The notes under the pieces are model-generated. The model saw only the letters and a list, made by a program, of their open reading frames with translations, was not told where the DNA came from and searched no databases. Positions 50,244 to 61,249 of a DNA stretch of 64,000 bases are shown here, piece after piece; within the stretch, counting starts at the first letter, position 1; every line of letters begins with the position of its first letter. The position numbers were made by a program, and so were the translations under genes. The DNA is taken from the NCBI GenBank assembly GCA_963666285.1, contig OY762711.1. One strand, 5' to 3'. Source of the DNA: Sedimentisphaerales bacterium. Its GTDB lineage: Bacteria; Planctomycetota; Phycisphaerae; Sedimentisphaerales; SM23-30.

Positions 50244-51176
50244 ATGGCTAAGCATTTTTTAGCAGTTACAGATTTTACAAATAGCGAGTTGCTGGATGTT
50301 ATTGAAAACGCCGGAATGATGAAAGAGAAATATCTTTCTGGTGGTAGAGACCTTTGTCTTGAAGGCAAGGTTATGGCACTGATTTTCGAAAAGCCGTCCA
50401 GCAGGACGCGTGTTAGTTTTGAAACAGCCATGTACCAGCTTGGCGGAAACGTTATTTACCTTAAACCTGAAGATATTGGCGGGCTGGGTAAGCGTGAACC
50501 TGTAAAAGATCTGGTTCGAGTTCTCAATGGTATGGTTGATCTTGTTGTCGTCCGGACTTTTGCTCATAAGCATCTCGAAGAAATGACCCAGTATTCAACT
50601 CTGCCGATTATCAATGCTCTTAGTGATTACCTGCATCCATGCCAGGCGGTTGCTGATGTAATGACAATCAGGGAAAATTATGGGAAGCTCGAAGGTCTGA
50701 AGGTTGTGTATATTGGTGATGGTAATAATGTATCTACTTCTCTTGGTATGGTATGTGCCAAACTTGGCATGAATTATATTATGAGCGGTCCGGAAGGATA
50801 TATTGATAATAAGACTCAGCTTGATATTCTGAAACCTGTAGTGGCGGAAAACAATGCCTCATTTGAAATTGTTTATGACGTCAGCGAAGCTGTTAAGGAT
50901 GCTGATGTTATTTATACTGATACCTGGGTTAGTATGGGCCGCGAAGACGAAAAAGAGCGAAGGATAAAAGATTTTGCCGGGTTCCAGGTTGATGGTAAAC
51001 TGGTTGCCCAGGCGAAACCTGGATGCCGTATCATGCATTGCCTGCCGGCATATCGTGGTTTTGAAATAACTGATGAAGTGCTTGAGTCTGACAATAGTGT
51101 TATTTTCCAGCAGGCGGAAAATCGCCTGCATGCTCAACGCCAGATAGTAAAATACCTGATGACGGGAAGCTGCTAG
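50244..51176 (+). CDS. argF: Ornithine carbamoyltransferase
   Basis: SSRTR, HPCQ, DTWVSMG, HCLP. Confidence 0.96.
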   Translation: MAKHFLAVTDFTNSELLDVIENAGMMKEKYLSGGRDLCLEGKVMALIFEKPSSRTRVSFETAMYQLGGNVIYLKPEDIGGLGKREPVKDLVRVLNGMVDLVVVRTFAHKHLEEMTQYSTLPIINALSDYLHPCQAVADVMTIRENYGKLEGLKVVYIGDGNNVSTSLGMVCAKLGMNYIMSGPEGYIDNKTQLDILKPVVAENNASFEIVYDVSEAVKDADVIYTDTWVSMGREDEKERRIKDFAGFQVDGKLVAQAKPGCRIMHCLPAYRGFEITDEVLESDNSVIFQQAENRLHAQRQIVKYLMTGSC

Positions 51177-51210
51177 TCTCTGGCTTCCATGAAATAGAAA
51201 CGGAGCTAAA

Positions 51211-52479
51211 ATGAAAGTTTTATTAGTTGGTAGTGGTGGCCGTGAACATGCAATTGCGTGGAAATTGTCCAAGTCGAAGTTGTGTAAGCACCTTTATATT
51301 GCACCAGGCAATCCCGGCACAGCTCAGTGCGGTACAAATGTCGATATTAAGGATAATGATATCGAGGGACTGGTCAAATATGCCGTTGATAAAAAAATAG
51401 ACTTTGTTATTGTTGGTCCGGAAGACCCGCTGGCTCTGGGGTTAGTTGATGAACTGGAAGAAAAAGGCATCAAATGCTTTGGCCCATCTAAATCAGCAGC
51501 AGCCCTGGAAGGTGACAAAGTCTTTTCTAAAAAAATGATGCAGACCTGTTCGATCCCAACCGCTGATTGCCAGATATTTGATAACTTTACTGACGCTAAG
51601 GCATATATTGCTTCTCGTGATAATGCTGTGGTAGTCAAGGCTGCCGGGCTGGCTAAAGGCAAGGGGGTATTTGTTTGTGATGAGCCGAGCGATGCTATTT
51701 TGGCTGCCGAAAAGATCATGGTTGACAAGATATTTGGTGATGCCGGAAAAGAAATAGTCGTAGAAGAAAAACTGGTTGGTCAGGAAACTTCGATTTTAGC
51801 TTTCGTTGACAGCCATACTATATACGTAATGGAAACTTCACAGGATCATAAGCCGATTGGTGAAGGCGATACCGGGTTGAATACAGGTGGCATGGGGGCA
51901 TACAGTCCGGCACCGATTGTAAGCGATAAACTCCTGACACAAATAGAAAGAGAAGTTCTTGTTCCCATAGTGGATGGTATGAACCGTAATGGTTCTCCTT
52001 ATAAGGGAGTGCTTTATGCCGGTATGATGCTTACAGCAGGCGGACCGAAGGTGTTGGAGTTTAATGTTCGCTTTGGCGACCCGGAAACTCAGCCGGTTCT
52101 CATGAGAATGAAAAACGACCTCCTTGAAGTTATGATGGCTGTTGCTGATGAAAAACTTGACAAAATCACTATCGAATGGGATAGTAAACCTACAGTTTGT
52201 GTGGTTATGTCTTCCGGCGGATATCCCGGCGATTATGAAAAGGGTAAGGAAATAACCGGAATAGAAGATGCTGATGCTATTGATGGCGTTAAGGTTTTCC
52301 ATGCCGGAACTAAAATGGATGGTGATAAGCTCGTAACCAATGGCGGTAGGGTACTGGGTGTGACTGCTGTTGGAAATGATATTGCCGACGCCAAGAGAAA
52401 GGCATATGAGGCTGTTGATAAGATCAAATTTGACGGGGCCTATTGCCGCAGAGATATTGCTGACAAGGCACTTAAATAA
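51211..52479 (+). CDS. purD: Phosphoribosylamine--glycine ligase
   Basis: GSGGREHA, QDHK, NTGGMGAY, EFNVRFGDPETQ. Confidence 0.97.
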   Translation: MKVLLVGSGGREHAIAWKLSKSKLCKHLYIAPGNPGTAQCGTNVDIKDNDIEGLVKYAVDKKIDFVIVGPEDPLALGLVDELEEKGIKCFGPSKSAAALEGDKVFSKKMMQTCSIPTADCQIFDNFTDAKAYIASRDNAVVVKAAGLAKGKGVFVCDEPSDAILAAEKIMVDKIFGDAGKEIVVEEKLVGQETSILAFVDSHTIYVMETSQDHKPIGEGDTGLNTGGMGAYSPAPIVSDKLLTQIEREVLVPIVDGMNRNGSPYKGVLYAGMMLTAGGPKVLEFNVRFGDPETQPVLMRMKNDLLEVMMAVADEKLDKITIEWDSKPTVCVVMSSGGYPGDYEKGKEITGIEDADAIDGVKVFHAGTKMDGDKLVTNGGRVLGVTAVGNDIADAKRKAYEAVDKIKFDGAYCRRDIADKALK

Positions 52480-52514
52480 GTAAAAAGTAAACTTTGGAAA
52501 TTAAAGATTTATGT

Positions 52515-52542
52515 GTCCCGGTTTTTATCGGGACTTTTTTTT
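52515..52542 (+). terminator. Intrinsic terminator after purD
   Basis: GTCCCG/CGGGAC stem plus T8. Confidence 0.75.
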
Positions 52543-52566
52543 ATATTTTCCTGTATTATATTTGTT

Positions 52567-53745
52567 ATGAAAGTTGCAATAGTAATAGAAAAATATAATC
52601 CGCTTCGTGGCGGTGCCGAGCGCAGTACCATGGAAATGGCTGAAGCTTTGACCTGCCAGGGGTGTGATGTCAGTATTATTGCCGGAAAAGTTGAAAATGC
52701 CGAAGAGACTACCGGGAAAGTCAGGCTTATCGATTTGGATGTAATAGCGCCTCGAAATGTATGGTTCAGACTTTTTGATCAGGCAGTAGCAAAGTACGTG
52801 TCAGCTGAAAAGTTTGATATTGTCCATTCGATTACCCCGGTAACGGCCTTGGATCTTTATCAGCCTCGCGGCGGCAGTCAGCTGAATGCTATTCAGCAGC
52901 GGATTGCTTTATCCAGGGGGGTGGCAAAGTTATATAAACGGTTGACTGCCGGATTCAACCGGGCACGTGCAATGCGGTTAAGGGCAGAACTGAAACTAGC
53001 CACCGGTTCATCCGGTCCGTTCATTGCAGTATTGAGTAATTATGTGTCTCGCCAGTTTACCGTTGGTTACGAAACTCCGGCTGAGAGAGTAGCTCTGATA
53101 AGAAATGCTGTTGATGTAAAGAAATTTGAATTCCCCAATGTTGATGAAAAAGCTAATGAGCTTCGCAGTAAGTTTGATCCTGATAGCAGCAAGGCGATAT
53201 TTCTGTTTGTTTCGGCAGATCCTGTACGTAAAGGTCTGTCAGAACTGATTGCAGCTGTTGCGGAAGCAGCAAAAGATAGAAAATCATCTCAAAGAGAGAT
53301 TTTACTGCTTGTTGTTGGCGGATTTAAGTTTGACTCTTATCAAAAGCAGGCCGAAAAACTTGGTATAGAAAAAAATGTTGTTTACAATGGTAAAACAAGG
53401 GAAGTTCAAGCATTTATGAAAATGGCTGACGCTCTGGTATTGCCAACCTGGGATGACGCCTGCAGTCGGGTAGTGATGGAAGCTCTTGTTGCTGGAATTC
53501 CTGCTATATCAACAGAGTTTAATGGGGCTTCTGAGTTATTTGATGATGGCAGGTACGGATTAATGGTCAAAAGTCCAGCTGATACTGCCGGATTTGCCAA
53601 AGCTATGAATACTCTTGCAGATCCTGCGGAGTGTGATAAAATGAAAGCCAATATTGCGGCTTCTGATTTGAAAGTGCGTCTTTCAATGGATCGCCATGCA
53701 TTAGAACTTAGGCAGCTTTATGAAAAGATAATTCAGGGCAGATAA
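52567..53745 (+). CDS. Glycosyltransferase family 4 (WaaG-like)
   Basis: RGGAER, RKG, LVLPT.DDACSRVVMEA; start ATG 52567. Confidence 0.9.
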   Translation: MKVAIVIEKYNPLRGGAERSTMEMAEALTCQGCDVSIIAGKVENAEETTGKVRLIDLDVIAPRNVWFRLFDQAVAKYVSAEKFDIVHSITPVTALDLYQPRGGSQLNAIQQRIALSRGVAKLYKRLTAGFNRARAMRLRAELKLATGSSGPFIAVLSNYVSRQFTVGYETPAERVALIRNAVDVKKFEFPNVDEKANELRSKFDPDSSKAIFLFVSADPVRKGLSELIAAVAEAAKDRKSSQREILLLVVGGFKFDSYQKQAEKLGIEKNVVYNGKTREVQAFMKMADALVLPTWDDACSRVVMEALVAGIPAISTEFNGASELFDDGRYGLMVKSPADTAGFAKAMNTLADPAECDKMKANIAASDLKVRLSMDRHALELRQLYEKIIQGR

Positions 53746-53764
53746 TAGCCCTGGGAGAGATAAT

Positions 53765-54757
53765 TTGGAACTCTTATTTACGAATATTGCGATTGTGCTG
53801 GTAAGTTGCATTGCGCTTGGCCAGGGTGCGGGCTGGCTGGTGGATTCTGCCGGGCGGCTGGCACGCAAATACGGCATATCCGATCTTGTTATTGGTTTGA
53901 CCGTAGTTGCTTTTGGCTCTTCTGCACCTGAGTTTGCCGCAACTGTTTTTAGTGCGATTGCCGAAAAAGATGATGTCTCGGTTGCTAATATTATCGGTTC
54001 CAATATTTTTAATATCGGATTCATACTCGGTAGTTGTGCGATTATTACGACTTTGTATATTACCCCGCTTCTGGTCAAAAGAGATGGTGCGATTCTTGCC
54101 GCTATTACGGGTTTGCTTTGCTTTATGATGCGTGATCTGCAATTATCTCGGGGCGAAGGCGTTATTCTGTTTTTACTTCTGATAGTATATCTGGCTTATC
54201 TTATCATTAAAAAAGATACCAGTATGGTCGAGGAGGATGAGATTTGTCATGAACCGGCTAAGCCAACTGACTGGCTGTTGTTGCTGTTTTCACTTGGAGT
54301 AATTGCTGCCGGTGGTCAAGCACTGGTTTTCGGAGCTGTTGGTATAGCCCAGTATTACGGCCTTAATGAATGGATAATTGGTATGACCATAGTTGCAGCC
54401 GGTACCTCTATGCCGGAGTTTGTTATTTCACTTGTTGCAGTTCTGAAGAAAAACCATGGCATATCTGCCGGTAATCTTATCGGAAGTAATATATTTAATA
54501 CCCTTGGTGTTCTCGGACTTGCAGTCTGGATAAATCCATTAACCGTTGACAGCGCCGGCCTTACTTCAACAATCCTTCTTATTCCGCTGACTCTTATTGT
54601 TATCCTGTTTATGTGGACCGGCAGAAAGATCACCAGACTTGAGGGTATTATCATACTTATATTATCATTGGCTATCTTTGGCTATAATTTTCACCTTGGC
54701 AAACAGCAGGCTGATAAAAAAGCTGAAACTGAAACCAGCTTGATTATAAATGAATAA
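53765..54757 (+). CDS. Calcium/sodium antiporter (YrbG-like)
   Basis: Two alpha repeats GSSAPE..GSN and GTSMPE..GSN. Confidence 0.92.
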   Translation: MELLFTNIAIVLVSCIALGQGAGWLVDSAGRLARKYGISDLVIGLTVVAFGSSAPEFAATVFSAIAEKDDVSVANIIGSNIFNIGFILGSCAIITTLYITPLLVKRDGAILAAITGLLCFMMRDLQLSRGEGVILFLLLIVYLAYLIIKKDTSMVEEDEICHEPAKPTDWLLLLFSLGVIAAGGQALVFGAVGIAQYYGLNEWIIGMTIVAAGTSMPEFVISLVAVLKKNHGISAGNLIGSNIFNTLGVLGLAVWINPLTVDSAGLTSTILLIPLTLIVILFMWTGRKITRLEGIIILILSLAIFGYNFHLGKQQADKKAETETSLIINE

Positions 54758-55162
54758 TCAGGTAAGACTTCTGCATATTAATTAGTATGGCCGTATTTGT
54801 TTCCCGGTAATTATATTCCTTCCTTTATATTGATATTTAAATCCTTTCTTGTAGTACTGAAAACTATTTTTACCGGGTAGGTCCAATAATAAACAAAATC
54901 AAAATTCTATTTAGATAAAAGTGGAATAAAATTTCACTAATGATACATTTGATTATCAGGTCAATGATTTTTTTGCTACGTATAACTATCTGTAAGTAAA
55001 CAGGTTGCGTTTGTAAGTGTCTTTGGTTATTTTTAGAATTCCCTCGTCTTTTCTCCGGTTACTTATTTTGCGTAAATTATATTAAGGTTTGCTGCTAATT
55101 ATCCCTCTGTTTTGCTCCGATAGCATGCATATCATTGTTAATCAAAACTATGAGGTCTGTAG

Positions 55163-55438
55163 ATGAGAAAATTGGATAACAAACTAAAAATCTTTTTAAT
55201 TGTTGGCATTGTAAGTCTTTGCGTCCTTGTTACGCTTGTCTCAAAATACGATGATGTTTTTGGTCATAATCGATTACCAGATAATAATGAACGTAACAAC
55301 ATGATAGAAAATGCCTATCTTGACATGTCTATTGAACAGTTGCTGGAAGTTGTTGTAGACGAAACTACTTCTGCAGCAATGTCACGAGAGTCTTTATGTA
55401 AGCTTATGAACGACTCGTGTGTCGATATAATAATATAG
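55163..55438 (+). CDS. Small membrane-anchored protein with LDMSIEQLLEV motif
   Basis: GAGG RBS; N-terminal TM; directly upstream of YfiR-family gene. Confidence 0.6.
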   Translation: MRKLDNKLKIFLIVGIVSLCVLVTLVSKYDDVFGHNRLPDNNERNNMIENAYLDMSIEQLLEVVVDETTSAAMSRESLCKLMNDSCVDIII

Positions 55439-55486
55439 AGCTGTTATGGTTCCATAGGAGACAGCAGTATCGCCTGTTTTTCAATA

Positions 55487-56080
55487 ATGAGTAAAACAGC
55501 AAATAATATAATAATCTGGATTCTTTCCATACTGATTGTCATACCGGCAAATGCTCAGCAGGAATTAGCTGAAAGTGCCCGTGATAAGGAATATAAAGTT
55601 AAAGCTGCATTTGTCTATAATTTTATGAAGTTTGTCGAATGGGAAGGTCTTAAAGATGATAAGGGCTTCCAGGAAAGAAAAGATGTAATTCTGGCAGTTG
55701 TCGGCTCAAATCCATTTGGTAATAAACTTGATTCTCTTAAATCAAAGAAGATTAAAGATAAAGCTATTACTATAAAATACTATAGTTATTCAGACCTGGA
55801 CGATAATGAAAAGCAAAAAGAAATTATGGAGTGTCATACTGTCTTTGCATGTACCGCTGCTACTGCTGATTATGCACTCCTTCAAAAACTGCTGGATAAA
55901 AAATGTATTTTGTCTATCGGTGATGATAGAAAATTTATCTCTGCCGGAGGTATAATTGGTTTTGATATTGATAATGGGAAAGTATGTTTCGATGTCAATA
56001 ACAATTCTGCCAAAGAATCTGATATAAAGATCAATACAAAAATATTGAAATTAGCAAGGAAGGTTATTAAGGATAAATGA
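55487..56080 (+). CDS. YfiR family (DUF4154) periplasmic protein
   Basis: [36 protein letters not shown]. Confidence 0.9.
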   Translation: MSKTANNIIIWILSILIVIPANAQQELAESARDKEYKVKAAFVYNFMKFVEWEGLKDDKGFQERKDVILAVVGSNPFGNKLDSLKSKKIKDKAITIKYYSYSDLDDNEKQKEIMECHTVFACTAATADYALLQKLLDKKCILSIGDDRKFISAGGIIGFDIDNGKVCFDVNNNSAKESDIKINTKILKLARKVIKDK

Positions 56081-58038
56081 TAGAGAAGGGTGCAAAGAGA
56101 ACTAATAACTCGGGAAAGATTAAAAAGAAACTGATAAAAATTATTGTTACTGTTTCTTTGGTTTCTTTACTTACCTTTAGTGTCTGTTTTATGGCCTGGT
56201 TCTCTTATATTCTTAAGGATAACATAAGGAAAGCCATTCAGATTCAAGCTGCTGTAACGGCTGAAAATTGCAGTGCAGCTTTGGCTTTTGAAGATAAAAA
56301 TGAAGCTGGAAATGTTCTTTCTTCTCTTAAGTATGATAGTAATATTGTTCGTTGCGAATTATACAATAAAAATAATGAACTTTTTGTAGAATTCCCCAGG
56401 GGTTCTGAGCCCATCACCGAAAAAAGCAGCTATTGCTATGTGACTAATGACATTAGCTGGGAAGGGGAACATCTTGGAAGAGTCGAACTGTATGCTTCAT
56501 ACGAGCAATTCTATCGAGCTCTTTTTTATGGTTCTATTGTCATTTCATTTATGATTATGCTTTGTTTTGGCCTGGCTTATCTTCTCGGTGAAAAGCTTCA
56601 GAGAATGATTTCTATACCAATTTTCAGACTGAAAGAAACTACCCATAAAATTACCGAGAGCAAAGATTTCTCAATGCGTATTGAAAAAGAAAGTGACGAC
56701 GAATTGGGCGATCTGGCTGATGCTTTTAATGAGATGCTCTCGCAGATACAGGTCAGGGATGATGAGCTCCAGGAATATAGTAAGGAGCTTGAAGAAAAGG
56801 TTGATGAACGTACCATGGATTTGGAAGGAGCCATGCATGAAGCCAGGCAGCTGGCTGAACAGGCCCAGGTTGCTAACAAGGCAAAGAGTGAATTCCTTGC
56901 TAATATGAGCCATGAACTGCGAACACCTATGAACGCAATTATCGGCTTTACTTCTGTATTGCTCAGCGAAGAACTGGATGAGCAGCACAGGCAGTATATG
57001 AAGACTATAGATAATAGTGCCAGAAATCTTCTGACCCTTATAAATGATATTCTTGACTTCTCGAAAATTGAAGCCGGTCGGCTGGATGTGGAAAATATAC
57101 CGTTCCATACTCCGCAGCTGTTAGAAGAAATCAGCTCTGAAATGCGGCCGCTGGCCTTTAATAAGAATATTGAGCTGAAAATAAATTCCGAGCAGCGCGT
57201 ACCTGAAATAATGACAGGTGACCCTCTTCGTATAAAACAATGTCTGATCAATCTCATTAGTAATGCGGTAAAATTTACCGAAGAAGGTGCGGTAACATTA
57301 ACTGCCTCTTTCCAAAATGAAAGTGGCAAGGAATACATAACTTTCAAAGTAAAGGATAGCGGGATAGGGATACCGGAAGACAAGTTGAAGCTGATCTTTA
57401 AATCGTTCTCTCAGGCTGACGGCAGTACCTCAAGAAAATATGGCGGTACCGGTCTTGGGCTCTCGATTACCAGCAACCTGGTCGAGCTTATGGGTGGTGA
57501 GATCTCCGTTGAAAGCATTTTGAATCAAGGGAGTACCTTTACCATCAGGATTCCGACTACTGCCATTGAAGATCAATCTGAAAGTATGGTTAGTGATGAC
57601 AGGAATGATGATGTTCAGACTCTGAAAAATAATACAGGTGTCCTTGCCGGTAAAAGGATACTGATTGTTGAAGATAATGTTGCAAACCAGGAACTTATTG
57701 AAACCTATCTAAGACCAACCGGTGCCGACTTTGTCATTGCCGATAATGGGTTAGAAGGTATTAAAATATGGCTGGATGACAGTAACTTTGATATTATTCT
57801 TATGGATATGCAAATGCCTGTTATGAACGGCTATGATGCTACTGAACAGCTAAGGTCGGCTAAGTGTGATGTGCCTATTCTTGCTTTGACTGCAAATGCC
57901 ATGCAGGGTGACAGTGATAAATGTATCCGAGCCGGGTGCGATTGCCATATTCCAAAGCCGCTGGACCAGGGATATTTAGTAAATGTAATCAAAAAGTATC
58001 TGAAAACAGGTCGGATAAAAAGTAGAGCTATTAAATAA
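56077..58038 (+). CDS. Hybrid sensor histidine kinase (periplasmic sensor-HAMP-HisKA-HATPase-REC)
   Basis: [36 protein letters not shown]. Confidence 0.95.
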   Translation: MIEKGAKRTNNSGKIKKKLIKIIVTVSLVSLLTFSVCFMAWFSYILKDNIRKAIQIQAAVTAENCSAALAFEDKNEAGNVLSSLKYDSNIVRCELYNKNNELFVEFPRGSEPITEKSSYCYVTNDISWEGEHLGRVELYASYEQFYRALFYGSIVISFMIMLCFGLAYLLGEKLQRMISIPIFRLKETTHKITESKDFSMRIEKESDDELGDLADAFNEMLSQIQVRDDELQEYSKELEEKVDERTMDLEGAMHEARQLAEQAQVANKAKSEFLANMSHELRTPMNAIIGFTSVLLSEELDEQHRQYMKTIDNSARNLLTLINDILDFSKIEAGRLDVENIPFHTPQLLEEISSEMRPLAFNKNIELKINSEQRVPEIMTGDPLRIKQCLINLISNAVKFTEEGAVTLTASFQNESGKEYITFKVKDSGIGIPEDKLKLIFKSFSQADGSTSRKYGGTGLGLSITSNLVELMGGEISVESILNQGSTFTIRIPTTAIEDQSESMVSDDRNDDVQTLKNNTGVLAGKRILIVEDNVANQELIETYLRPTGADFVIADNGLEGIKIWLDDSNFDIILMDMQMPVMNGYDATEQLRSAKCDVPILALTANAMQGDSDKCIRAGCDCHIPKPLDQGYLVNVIKKYLKTGRIKSRAIK

Positions 58039-58275
58039 AAATAGGGCGTTAAAATTAGTCTTATAAACAGTAGTTTCTGTTTTTGAGTTCTATTCTCAAT
58101 TAGCTGAATGATTTGTTATTTGGTTTTAGATTGAATATTAGGGTACGCGGCAGTTTTATTACAACTGTTATTATGAGACCTTGTTGGTAGTGATGGTTTG
58201 CATACAAAAGTAGAGTAGAAGTGTATAGTTTATGAAATTAAGTAAATAATGGTATAATAAATACCGAAAATAATA

Positions 58276-59871
58276 GTGATGGCGAAAACACAAACAAAAC
58301 GTAAAATACTGGCAGTCGATGATAATCCGGTGAATCTTCAATTACTTGAGGCTATCATCAAACGTATTCCGGATCTGGAAGTTATAACTGAAAATGATGA
58401 AAAACGTGCAGTTGTCAGGGTGCGGGAAGAGAAGCCCGATCTGATTTTGCTTGATGTTATGATGCCGCAAATTGACGGTTTTGAAATCTGCGGTCAGCTC
58501 AAGGCCAATCAGCAGACAGCCGGGATTCCTGTTATGTTTTTAACCGCAAATAACCAGACAGGAGCACAGCTTCAGGGATATGACAGCGGGGCGATCGACT
58601 ATATTACCAAACCTTTTGAGCCGGATGTGCTTGTCAGTAAGATTCGTGTTGTTTTGAATATGATCGGGCATGTCGAACTGCTGCTCAAAGAAGCTAATAC
58701 AGATAAGCTTACAGGGCTGTATAATCGCCGTTATCTGCAGGAAATTTTGGGGCCGCTGTTTAGAGAATCAAATATTAAAGATGATGAAATGTCATTGATG
58801 ATGATTGATGTTGATTTCTTTAAGAGCATAAATGATACTTTTGGCCATCTTACGGGTGACCTTGTTCTTAAGCGTATTGCTAAAGTTATTAAGGAGAAGT
58901 TGTATGCTTATGACACCCTGGTGCGGTATGGTGGCGAAGAATTTCTTATTCTTTTGACCAATACTGATATCAAGACAGCCCAGGATGTTGCCGAGAAACT
59001 TCGCCTGGCAATTGAGAGTCTAACCTGGGAATTTACAATTGAGCCGCTTTCTATTACTGCCAGCTTTGGTATTTCCAGCAGTAAGACAGTTGATTCTGAT
59101 GATCCGGAAGAACTGCTGCGAATGGCAGACAGGGCTTTATATGTCGCTAAAAATCGCGGACGAAATACGGTTGTCTGTAATAATCAGATTGGCCGCGAAG
59201 ACGAAGAGGCTCTTGAAGAACAGCAGACCGCTACTGAACTTCGCAATAAAGTTAACGAACTTGCCGGAAGGTTAAAAGAACAGCTCTTTGAAGTCTTAAA
59301 AGTTTTCGTCAAAACTCAGGAGCTTCGTTCTCCGTTTCTTGCAGAGCAATCAAGAAAAGTTGCCGGATATGTTCGTAAAGTTGGCGGCCATATGGGTATA
59401 TTTGAACGCCATCTCGATACGGTTTATAATGCGGCTATGCTTCATAACGTTGGTAAATTATCATTACCTGACAGTATTATCAAATGTGACAGCGATATTT
59501 CCGAGGAAGAAACCAAAAAGCTCAAACGCCATCCAAGAATGGCTGCTGATATTCTTGGTGTTACCGATTTGTTCCGTGAAGAGAAAGAAATCATTCTTTA
59601 TCATCAGGAATATTTTGATGGTACTGGTTATCCTCGCGGCGTTGCCGGTCGTGAAATCCCATTCGGTTCGCGTTTGCTTTTAGCTGCTGTAACCTGGGAC
59701 GCTATGCTTTCCGGCCGTGGATATAGAAATCCTCTTTCAAATGAAGAAGCCGTCATAGAATTTCGTCAATTATCCGGCAACCAGCTTGACCCGCAAATTG
59801 TCGAAGCTTTTGTTGAACTGGCCGAAAAAGATGAGCTGGTTGAAGATCACGAAATGGCTTTTCAAATGTAA
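58276..59871 (+). CDS. REC-GGDEF-HD-GYP signalling protein
   Basis: LLDVMMP; RYGGEEF; LHNVGK..DGTGYP. Confidence 0.92.
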   Translation: MMAKTQTKRKILAVDDNPVNLQLLEAIIKRIPDLEVITENDEKRAVVRVREEKPDLILLDVMMPQIDGFEICGQLKANQQTAGIPVMFLTANNQTGAQLQGYDSGAIDYITKPFEPDVLVSKIRVVLNMIGHVELLLKEANTDKLTGLYNRRYLQEILGPLFRESNIKDDEMSLMMIDVDFFKSINDTFGHLTGDLVLKRIAKVIKEKLYAYDTLVRYGGEEFLILLTNTDIKTAQDVAEKLRLAIESLTWEFTIEPLSITASFGISSSKTVDSDDPEELLRMADRALYVAKNRGRNTVVCNNQIGREDEEALEEQQTATELRNKVNELAGRLKEQLFEVLKVFVKTQELRSPFLAEQSRKVAGYVRKVGGHMGIFERHLDTVYNAAMLHNVGKLSLPDSIIKCDSDISEEETKKLKRHPRMAADILGVTDLFREEKEIILYHQEYFDGTGYPRGVAGREIPFGSRLLLAAVTWDAMLSGRGYRNPLSNEEAVIEFRQLSGNQLDPQIVEAFVELAEKDELVEDHEMAFQM

Positions 59872-60218
59872 GTGCTTGTTAATAATAGTCTAATCGTTCA
59901 GCTTCAGCTTAGCATATTTCTGCCTCGCTTTTCTTCTATAGCAGATAATATGTATCCAAACCTGTTAAAACGCCCGTCTGATCATGGCATAAGTAGTTGT
60001 ATTATAATTACTTACCTTTCTATCGATCAGACAAAATCATACACAATGTATATAAATCATTTGGATTAATCCGCGTTCTTGTTTATAATAAATCTGTTCG
60101 AACAGTTTTTATTCTAAGGCTTTATGTCGATTTTGCCTTGCTGTTATGCCGGTTTGCAGCTGGTATTGTTATTGTTTTTGATCAGGTATTGATCTGCTTG
60201 TTATTATACGAGGTGCAT

Positions 60219-61184
60219 ATGTCCGAATCTAAAACAAATGGTCATACAGAGACTTCTGTAGTAAACTCAAATGGCGGTATGCATTTTTCTTCTCTTTTTA
60301 CACCGAATCATATTTTATGTCAGACCGATCTTACTGATCGTGATGACATTATTATGAAACTGCTGCGTATGCTTGCGCTTGAGCGAGGTATTGGCAATGT
60401 CCAGGTTGCGTTTGATGCTATCATGGAAAATGAACGGGTTATGCCGTCAGTTATGACTTCCGGGTTGGCTGTTCCTCATGCCAGGCTTGATGCTCTGACC
60501 GAACTGGTTGTAGGTGTTGCAACTTCCAAAAAGGGAATAAATTATGCCGAGGGAGTGATAGACAATGTTAATGTGATTACCTTGATTTTATCACCCAAGG
60601 CTGCCCCCGGTTCTCATCTTCAGGCTCTCAGCTCGCTGTCCAAAATATTTCAGGAACCGGATTCGGTCGCTAAAGTATCCGGGCTGGAAACTGCCAATGA
60701 GGTTTGGAAGTTTTATGATAGTAATGGCGTTGTTTTACCTGAATATGTTACTACTCGTGATGTCATGGCTCCGGTCGTAGTTAAACTGCATGAGAATGAT
60801 ACTCTTGCTCGTGCAATTGACTTATTTATTCGATATGGGCGTATTGATCTGCCGGTTGTCGATAATGACGATGAACTGGTTGGTGTTGTAACTACTTACG
60901 AACTCTTGCGGGTTTGTCTTCCAGATTATATATTGTGGATGGATGATCTCACCCCGATTTTGAACTTTGAACCTTTTGCCGAACTGCTCAGAAATGAGTC
61001 TCGTACCTGGCTGGTTGATATTATGACCAGTGATTTTGCCGCGGTTGAAGTTGATAAGCCTGCTATACAGATTGTAAAGGAATTGACACGATGGCGGGTT
61101 GACCATGCTTATGTGCTTGACGGCAGGAAACTGGTTGGGGTTGTTTCACTGGAGAGATTCCTGCGACAGATTATGAGAGAGTAG
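60219..61184 (+). CDS. PTS EIIA(Ntr-like) domain fused to CBS pair
   Basis: GLAVPHAR; LPVVD...LVGVV; GAGG RBS before ATG 60219. Confidence 0.85.
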   Translation: MSESKTNGHTETSVVNSNGGMHFSSLFTPNHILCQTDLTDRDDIIMKLLRMLALERGIGNVQVAFDAIMENERVMPSVMTSGLAVPHARLDALTELVVGVATSKKGINYAEGVIDNVNVITLILSPKAAPGSHLQALSSLSKIFQEPDSVAKVSGLETANEVWKFYDSNGVVLPEYVTTRDVMAPVVVKLHENDTLARAIDLFIRYGRIDLPVVDNDDELVGVVTTYELLRVCLPDYILWMDDLTPILNFEPFAELLRNESRTWLVDIMTSDFAAVEVDKPAIQIVKELTRWRVDHAYVLDGRKLVGVVSLERFLRQIMRE

Positions 61185-61249
61185 CCGGTGTTAACTATAC
61201 TGGATTTATTATTGTTCACCGAAACTTATAACTTGGGAGCTGTTGCAAT

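Noticed and set aside
59872..60218. 65-aa ORF and N-terminal extension of the EIIA-CBS gene
   Set aside because: No RBS; the better start is ATG 60219 with GAGG upstream.
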